Positions 25,556 to 26,886 of a stretch of 26,886 bases of DNA are shown piece by piece. Position 1 is the first letter of the stretch. Every line of letters starts with the position of its first letter. The notes under the pieces are model-generated. The model saw nothing but the letters and a program-made list of their open reading frames with translations. It ran no database searches and had not been told where the DNA came from. Origin of the DNA: a virus (taxonomy: Duplodnaviria > Heunggongvirae > Uroviricota > Caudoviricetes); the IMG/VR virus record IMGVR_UViG_3300012942_000037, positions 77,245-104,130 of that record. One strand, given 5' to 3'. The position numbers were made by a program, and so were the translations under genes.

Positions 25556-25629
25556 AGGGCGGCAACGTCCTGCTACAGACACCGAGCGCGAAGCGAGGTT
25601 AAACCCGGAGGGTCGGGGAGGATGTAGCA
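25556..25629 (+). ncRNA. candidate small structured RNA or tRNA leader
   Basis: AGGGCG-GCAA-CGTCCT hairpin, then TGCTACA/TGTAGCA closing CCGA/TCGG with two small hairpins. Confidence 0.4.
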
Positions 25630-25636
25630 AAGTTTT

Positions 25637-25709
25637 GGGGGATTAGCTCATCTGGGAGAGCGCGTGCTTTGCAAGCATGAGGTGGTCGGTTCGAGTCCGA
25701 CATTCTCCA
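25637..25709 (+). tRNA. tRNA-Ala(TGC), CCA not encoded
   Basis: GGGGGAT/ATTCTCC with G3-U70, loop TT-TGC-AA, GGTTCGAGTCC, A73; followed by CAA. Confidence 0.95.
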
Positions 25710-25790
25710 CAAAGACAGAGCGAGGAAAGAAATTTTCTCGAAATGTCGAAAAAGTGCTTGACGGATCATTCGGCAGGCATAAATAGAAAC

Positions 25791-26078
25791 ACAGATGCCG
25801 CTTTTGGCATCACGAGTTTTGAAGGGAATTAGTTTTCTATGTTACACCTAGGGACCCATATGGAATGTGGAAAGGCCGGCTTGAAAGCCGTATCCTTTAC
25901 CACAGCCGCTATGGGCACCGAATGGTCGCAGCGTAGTGAGCAAATTACCCGCCCAGTCAGCTATAAGCCTAATACGCTTGATACGACCGGGGCCGAACCA
26001 GACGGAGGAAGTGGTTTTTAACTACTAAATCTCCAGACAGGTTTCAAAGGCCCCGGTAGGAAACTACCGGGGCCTTTT
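25791..26078 (+). ncRNA. candidate ~290-nt structured RNA
   Basis: Strong promoter 25749-25785 and terminator; stems GATGCC/GGCATC, CCCATA/TATGGG, TGTGG-AAAGG/CCTTT-CCACA, GGC-TTGAAA-GCC. Confidence 0.55.
26046..26078 (+). terminator. intrinsic terminator
   Basis: AAAGGCCCCGGTAG-GAAA-CTACCGGGGCCTTTT. Confidence 0.9.
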
Positions 26079-26135
26079 ATTTCAACCCGCCGAAGCGAAA
26101 GCCTAGGCACTAGCAGAAAAAGTTTAGAAGCAACG

Positions 26136-26173
26136 AAAAAGTTGTTGACAAGCTCTAGAAACCCTGCTAGGAT
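26136..26173 (+). promoter_or_regulatory. strong sigma70 promoter of the tRNA array
   Basis: AAAAAGTTG-TTGACA-N17-TAGGAT; a second promoter TTGACA-N18-TAGCGT lies at 26244-26273. Confidence 0.75.
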
Positions 26174-26339
26174 AAGATCGGACGGAGATGTGCTAGTCAC
26201 AACGACGTCTTCCGTTAGAAGTGGAAATTTCCAACGGAACAAATTGACAAACTTCTGACGAAACGCCTAGCGTGAAGTTGGTTGTAAGTCAAGTGGTATA
26301 GCGGAACGAGACTGCGGGATAGCCACTTTAAATAAACCC

Positions 26340-26485
26340 GAATGGGCGGTGCCGAGGATGAAACCGGGCGGTTAAAGAACCCCGGGAGTAAAATTCAGAT
26401 GCGCATAGCATCCTAGGGCAAGACGGGACATAGTGATCCCGTAGGCGGTCAACCCCGAAATGCCGGGGAACATAGATCGCACACC
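26340..26485 (+). ncRNA. candidate multi-hairpin RNA ahead of tRNA-Pro
   Basis: GGTG/CACC closure, CCGGGCGGTT/AACCCCGG, GATGC/GCATC, ACGGGA/TCCCGT, CCCCG/CGGGG; no plausible ORF. Confidence 0.5.
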
Positions 26486-26506
26486 AAAAACAAAAGGCTA
26501 AATCAT

Positions 26507-26583
26507 CGGGGTATAGCGCAGCCAGGTAGCGCGTTCGTCTGGGGGACGAGAGGTCGCAGGTTCGAACCCTGCTATCCCGACCA
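26507..26583 (+). tRNA. tRNA-Pro(GGG), CCA encoded
   Basis: C1-G72, TTCGT-CTGGGGG-ACGAG, GGTTCGAACCC, A73. Confidence 0.95.
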
Positions 26584-26596
26584 AACAAGTTTACAT

Positions 26597-26681
26597 TCCG
26601 GTGTGGTGAAATTGGTAGATACGCTCGGCTGTTAACCGAGTGCCGCAAGGCGTGGAGGTTCGAGTCCTTCCACCGGAGCCA
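26597..26681 (+). tRNA. tRNA-Asn(GTT) with long variable arm, CCA encoded
   Basis: TCCGGTG/CACCGGA, CTCGG-CTGTTAA-CCGAG, V arm GCC-GCAA-GGC, GGTTCGAGTCC, G73. Confidence 0.9.
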
Positions 26682-26689
26682 ATACGAGC

Positions 26690-26760
26690 GCTGTCATCGT
26701 CCTTCCGCCGTCCGGCGAAGTGGTATCCCGCAAGAAGCGCGGGGTTGATAAAGCGACAGC
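26690..26760 (+). ncRNA. candidate tRNA-sized three-way-junction RNA
   Basis: GCTGTC/GACAGC closure; CTTCCGCC-GTCC-GGCGAAG; ATCCCGC-AAGAAGC-GCGGGGT; no TTCGA loop. Confidence 0.45.
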
Positions 26761-26768
26761 AAGTTCAT

Positions 26769-26845
26769 CTAGGTGTGGCCCAATCAGGTAAGGCGTTCCC
26801 TTCGGGAGGGAGAGATTGGAGGTTCGAATCCTCTCACCTAGACCA
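26769..26845 (+). tRNA. tRNA-Pro(CGG), CCA encoded
   Basis: CTAGGTG/CACCTAG, TTCCC-TTCGGGA-GGGAG, GGTTCGAATCC, A73. Confidence 0.95.
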
Positions 26846-26852
26846 ACAACAT

Positions 26853-26886
26853 GCGCGGTTAGCACAATGGTAGTGCGACCGGCCGA
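26853..26886 (+). tRNA. 5' part of a further tRNA, truncated by the window (anticodon probably GAn)
   Basis: GCGCGGT-TA-GCAC-AATGGTA-GTGC-G-ACCGG-CC-GA; isotype cannot be assigned. Confidence 0.7.

Noticed and set aside
25404-25629. Long-range TGCTACATC/GATGTAGCA inverted repeat
   Set aside because: Only 9 bp across a promoter region; the local TGCTACA partner explains the pairing better.
25839-26021. 60-aa ORF as a real gene
   Set aside because: SD-like sequence is poorly spaced and the ORF runs through strong RNA helices; kept only as an alternative explanation.
25791-26485. tmRNA, RNase P, SRP or 6S identity for the ncRNAs
   Set aside because: No T-arm with CCA plus tag frame, no GAGGAAAGTCC/ACAGAA core, no SRP domain IV loop, no 6S rod. 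GGGGCCGA at about 25990 alone is insufficient.
26328-26873. Track ORFs over the tRNA array
   Set aside because: They overlap clear tRNA genes.

Overview
A gene-dense 26.9 kb segment of a large (probably jumbo) T4-like phage. The host is likely alphaproteobacterial, an inference from TTGAC-N16/17-(GC)TAnA early promoters and the tRNA style. The window mixes early accessory genes (bS21, ClpS, Nudix, RelA/SpoT-type HD hydrolase, WYL, ADP-ribosylglycohydrolase, PNK-like kinase, SprT-like protease, bL12-like protein) with late genes driven by TAAATA promoters. It ends in a tRNA/ncRNA cluster. Main observations: (1) a homing endonuclease sits in the 3' end of the HD hydrolase gene, with a diverged second copy of that 3' end stranded on its far side; (2) six late proteins share a T4 capsid-targeting-like N-terminus, and two of them have ADP-ribosyltransferase folds, alongside an early ADP-ribose eraser; (3) a tRNA-Asn(GTT) is built on a tRNA-Leu-type long-variable-arm scaffold; (4) several promoter- or terminator-bounded structured RNAs and a 20-aa microprotein unit are unannotated. 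All family calls come from motif recognition by eye and all RNA folds are manual; no database searches or folding programs were run.
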